This document shows positions 7,417 through 10,262 of a stretch of 10,262 nucleotides of DNA, one piece after another. Under the pieces are notes generated by a model, which saw nothing but the letters and a program-made list of their open reading frames with translations, was not told the origin of the DNA and did no database searches. Source of the DNA: Promethearchaeota archaeon. GTDB lineage: Archaea > Asgardarchaeota > Lokiarchaeia > Sigyniarchaeales > SOKP01. Within the stretch, counting starts at the first letter, position 1. Each line of letters begins with the position of its first letter. The translations under genes were made by a program, and so were the position numbers. The stretch lies in contig JBHLLT010000053.1 in the NCBI GenBank assembly GCA_048938855.1, forward strand, positions 1 to 10,262. The letters are read 5' to 3'.

Positions 7417-8199
7417 TTGAGTGAAAGGAACTTGACGAGCAATTTAATTATTGTTGAAAAAACCAATAATATTGGAAAAATAATATTCAACAATGGTCCA
7501 TTAAATATTTTAACAATCGGTATGATGGAGCAAATTAATAAGGCTCTGGAAGGTTTTCTTGAAGATGAATCATTAAAATTAGTTATTTTTGATCATAATG
7601 GGAAGGCTTTTTCTGCTGGAGTTGATGTTGGTGACCATATGGGAGATAAAGCTCCAAAGATGATTAAAGAATTTCATGGTATTTTTAGAAAACTTAACAA
7701 TTTAAAATGCCCAACTTTAGCAAGTATTAAAGGAGCCGCTCTCGGTGGAGGTTGTGAAATTGCAATTTTCTGTGATATTGTTCTTACATCAGATAAAGCA
7801 AAATTTGGTCAACCGGAGATTAAAGTAGGAGTATTTCCACCAATTGCTGTTTTAGCTTTTCCTCAGATAATTGGAAATAAGAAAGCTTTTGAACTTATTA
7901 TGCTAGGTGAAATAATTGATGCTAAAGAGGCTCTTAGACTTGGAATCTCTAATCATATTTATCCTATTGAATTATATGAGCAAGAATTCACCAAATTTAT
8001 TGAATCTTTTAATGCTTTAAGCACTGTTGTATTGCAATATACAAATAAAGCATTCAAAAAAGCATTAGGTATCGATTTTGAGGCTAAATTAGATGAAATT
8101 GAGGAGTTCTATTTAGAAGAATTAATGTCAACGCATGATGCAAATGAGGGATTGCACGCATTCTTAGAGAAGCGACCACCCAATTGGCAAAATCGTTAA
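7417..8199 (+). CDS. dch: Enoyl-CoA hydratase, probably cyclohexa-1,5-diene-1-carbonyl-CoA hydratase (Dch/BzdW/BamR-like)
   Basis: PLNIL, FSAGVDVGDH, LGGGCE and FGQPEIKVGVFPP (both catalytic Glu present), plus gene context. The start is TTG at either 7417 or 7432. Confidence 0.8.
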   Translation: MSERNLTSNLIIVEKTNNIGKIIFNNGPLNILTIGMMEQINKALEGFLEDESLKLVIFDHNGKAFSAGVDVGDHMGDKAPKMIKEFHGIFRKLNNLKCPTLASIKGAALGGGCEIAIFCDIVLTSDKAKFGQPEIKVGVFPPIAVLAFPQIIGNKKAFELIMLGEIIDAKEALRLGISNHIYPIELYEQEFTKFIESFNALSTVVLQYTNKAFKKALGIDFEAKLDEIEEFYLEELMSTHDANEGLHAFLEKRPPNWQNR

Positions 8200-8267
8200 T
8201 TATCTTAAATTTAATAATAATTAGGTTTAAATTAAAATAATAATAAAACATATTGTAGGAAATTGAG

Positions 8268-9314
8268 ATGAAAGCAGCTGTTTTTGAAAAGGTTAAGGAA
8301 CCTTTAAAAGTAGATAATAATTATCCCGACCCAAATATTTCTGATGAGTTAGGGCAAGCTATAATAAATATAGAAGCTTGCGGGGTTTGTCATACTGACT
8401 TTGGATATTTAGAACACGGAGTTCCCACAGTAAAAAAACCACCTCTTATATTAGGCCATGAAATATCGGGGCGTATTAAAGAGGTGAGTGATGATGTTAA
8501 GAATTTTAAAGAAGGAGATCATGTTATAATTCCTGCAGTGCTTTCCTGTGGTTATTGTGTCAATTGTAGAACAGGCAGAGAGAATATATGCCTTAACCAA
8601 ATAATGCTTGGGAACCATATCGATGGAGGTTTTGCCGAGCAAATTAAGGTTCCTATAAAGGATGTAGTCCATCTTCCTACTGAAATGTCATTAGAGAAAA
8701 GTTGTATAATTTCTGATGCTGTTTCAACTCCTTATCATGCTGTTAAGAATAGAGGTCAAGTAAGACCCGGTGATTGGGCAGTTGTTATAGGTTGTGGTGG
8801 GATTGGTCTAAATGTGGTTCAAAATATAAAAGCAGCAGGTGGGCTTCCTATTGCTGTTGATGTTATCCCAAAAAAGCTTGAAATCGCTAAACAAATCGGT
8901 GCTGTGGAAACTGTGTTAGCTAAAGATATGGATGAAAGGGAAATTGTTGGAGCTATTCGAAAAATAACAGACGGAGGAGCAGATATTGCATTTGAAGCAA
9001 TTGGGCACCCAGCAACAATGAAACAAGCGTTTAATAGTTTACGAACTGGAGGACGTTTAGTAGCTGTTGGCTACTCACCAAAACGTTGGGATGGGTTTGA
9101 TATCGGACGTGTGATGTTTCGTGAAATGGAAATAATGGGAAGCCTTGGTTGTCGTCCGGTTGATTATCCACATATTATTAACTTGGTTAAGAATGGTTCT
9201 CTTCAACTTAAACCATTAATTACTCATAAATTCCCACTTTCAGAAATTAATGAAGCTTTTGATGTTATGCGTAGAGGAGAAGGAATTAGAATAATTATAT
9301 TATGTCAAAAATAG
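8268..9314 (+). CDS. had: Zn-dependent MDR dehydrogenase, probably 6-hydroxycyclohex-1-ene-1-carbonyl-CoA dehydrogenase (Had/BzdX/BamQ-like)
   Basis: CGVCHTD and LGHEISG (catalytic Zn), PAVLSCGYCVNC...IC (structural Zn), GNHIDGGFA, DAVSTPY and GCGGIG (Rossmann fold), plus gene context. Confidence 0.82.
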   Translation: MKAAVFEKVKEPLKVDNNYPDPNISDELGQAIINIEACGVCHTDFGYLEHGVPTVKKPPLILGHEISGRIKEVSDDVKNFKEGDHVIIPAVLSCGYCVNCRTGRENICLNQIMLGNHIDGGFAEQIKVPIKDVVHLPTEMSLEKSCIISDAVSTPYHAVKNRGQVRPGDWAVVIGCGGIGLNVVQNIKAAGGLPIAVDVIPKKLEIAKQIGAVETVLAKDMDEREIVGAIRKITDGGADIAFEAIGHPATMKQAFNSLRTGGRLVAVGYSPKRWDGFDIGRVMFREMEIMGSLGCRPVDYPHIINLVKNGSLQLKPLITHKFPLSEINEAFDVMRRGEGIRIIILCQK

Positions 9315-9381
9315 AGGTTTAATAAAATTTTTAATTTATTTTTTATTTTCCAAAATAGAATGAATCAAGGGGATATAAAGA

Positions 9382-10262
9382 TTGTTTGAAAAGTTTGAAA
9401 ATTGGTATAGAAATAGACACGATTATGCAAAAGAATGGATAAAACGCACTGGTGGAAAAGTAATTGGGACCTTCTGTACATATGTACCAGAAGAAATTCT
9501 TTATGCCGCGGATATTCTACCAGTAAGAATACTAGGTAGTCATGAGCCACAAGATGTCTCTGAACCGCATATTTTTGCTATGTTTTGTCCCTTCTGTCGT
9601 GATTGCTTAGCACAAGGATTAAAGGGCAGGTTTGACTACCTTGATGGAATTACCATTGCTCAAAGTTGTCTTCATATTAGACAAGCTTTTACAAGTTGGG
9701 ATCTTCACATTCCGGTAGATTTTAGTTATTATTTACCACATCCTATGCATGTTCAAAGCCCTCATGCTGTTCCATATCTTACAGAAGAATTAATTAAATT
9801 CAAGAAAGCAATTGAAGAATGGATAGGCAAGGAAATAACGAAGGAAGATCTCGAAAGAGGTATTGAAATAGTTAATAAAAATAGAGAGCTATTACAGCAA
9901 GTATATGAATTGAGAAAGAAACCAAATCCACCATTGACAGGCCTTGAAGCTATGTACATGGTTGTATCTTCGCAAATGGTTGATAAACGAGAACATAATA
10001 AGGCATTAGAAGAACTCTTAGAAAAACTTCCTTCAAGAACATTAAATGAACCAGGTGAACGATTAATGATATTAGGATCTGAAGATGATGATACCGAATT
10101 TGTAGCAATGGTCGAAGATTTGGGTGCTAGATTTGTTATTGATGATCATTGTACCGGTACTCGATATTTTAATACAATTGTCAATACAAATGGAGATCCA
10201 CTTACTTCTATAGCAGAAAGGTATGTTAACCGAGTTCCATGTCCAAGTAAAGATTGGCCTGA
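9382..10262 (+). CDS. bzdN: ATP-dependent (class I) benzoyl-CoA reductase, bzd-type subunit N (BcrC equivalent), 3'-truncated by the window end
   Basis: Own translation from TTG 9382 (AAGGGGA upstream, in-frame TAA at 9376): MFEKFENWYRNRHDYAKEWIKRTGGKVIGTFCTYVPEEILYAADILPVRILGSHEPQDVSEPHIFAMFCPFCRDCLAQGLKGRFDY...QSC...GSEDDD...IDDHCTGTRYF...AERYVNRVPCPSKDWP. This closely follows recalled Azoarcus/Aromatoleum BzdN. The frame is open to the end of the window. Confidence 0.92.
   Translation, partial: MFEKFENWYRNRHDYAKEWIKRTGGKVIGTFCTYVPEEILYAADILPVRILGSHEPQDVSEPHIFAMFCPFCRDCLAQGLKGRFDYLDGITIAQSCLHIRQAFTSWDLHIPVDFSYYLPHPMHVQSPHAVPYLTEELIKFKKAIEEWIGKEITKEDLERGIEIVNKNRELLQQVYELRKKPNPPLTGLEAMYMVVSSQMVDKREHNKALEELLEKLPSRTLNEPGERLMILGSEDDDTEFVAMVEDLGARFVIDDHCTGTRYFNTIVNTNGDPLTSIAERYVNRVPCPSKDWP

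Noticed and set aside
8451-8672. 73-aa minus-strand ORF
   Set aside because: Antisense within had.
478-9314. Genome-wide TAG recoding (pyrrolysine): four genes end in TAG, three with another in-frame stop 2-3 codons later
   Set aside because: No conserved gene contains an internal TAG, and nearby TAA/TGA codons are expected in AT-rich spacers.
9365-9959. Two short minus-strand ORFs (9365-9550 and 9762-9959)
   Set aside because: Both are antisense to the bzdN frame that the ORF track missed because it has no stop in the window.

Overview
AT-rich (roughly 30% GC by eye), gene-dense window with no RNA genes, mobile elements or CRISPR arrays. The left part carries a small membrane protein, a COG0731-like radical SAM protein and a MaoC/PhaJ-type hydratase. 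The middle holds three tandem, diverged family M29 (AmpS/AmpT/PepS-type) aminopeptidase genes. The right part is an anaerobic benzoyl-CoA dearomatisation cluster: an Oah-like ring hydrolase with a C-terminal zinc ribbon, dch, had, and a bzdN-type benzoyl-CoA reductase subunit that starts at TTG 9382, runs off the window and is missing from the ORF track. A small acidic CxxC protein is transcribed divergently from the cluster, across a 22-bp imperfect palindrome. TATA-like boxes about 25-27 nt before start codons and hairpin-free oligo-T tracts suggest an archaeon, possibly Asgard/Lokiarchaeia-like (inference only). The most notable observations are the zinc-ribbon, insertion-less Oah variant, the uncharacterised CxxC partner gene, and the third peptidase copy, in which the conserved active-site Tyr is replaced by Arg. 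Family assignments rest on motifs recalled from memory, not on database searches.
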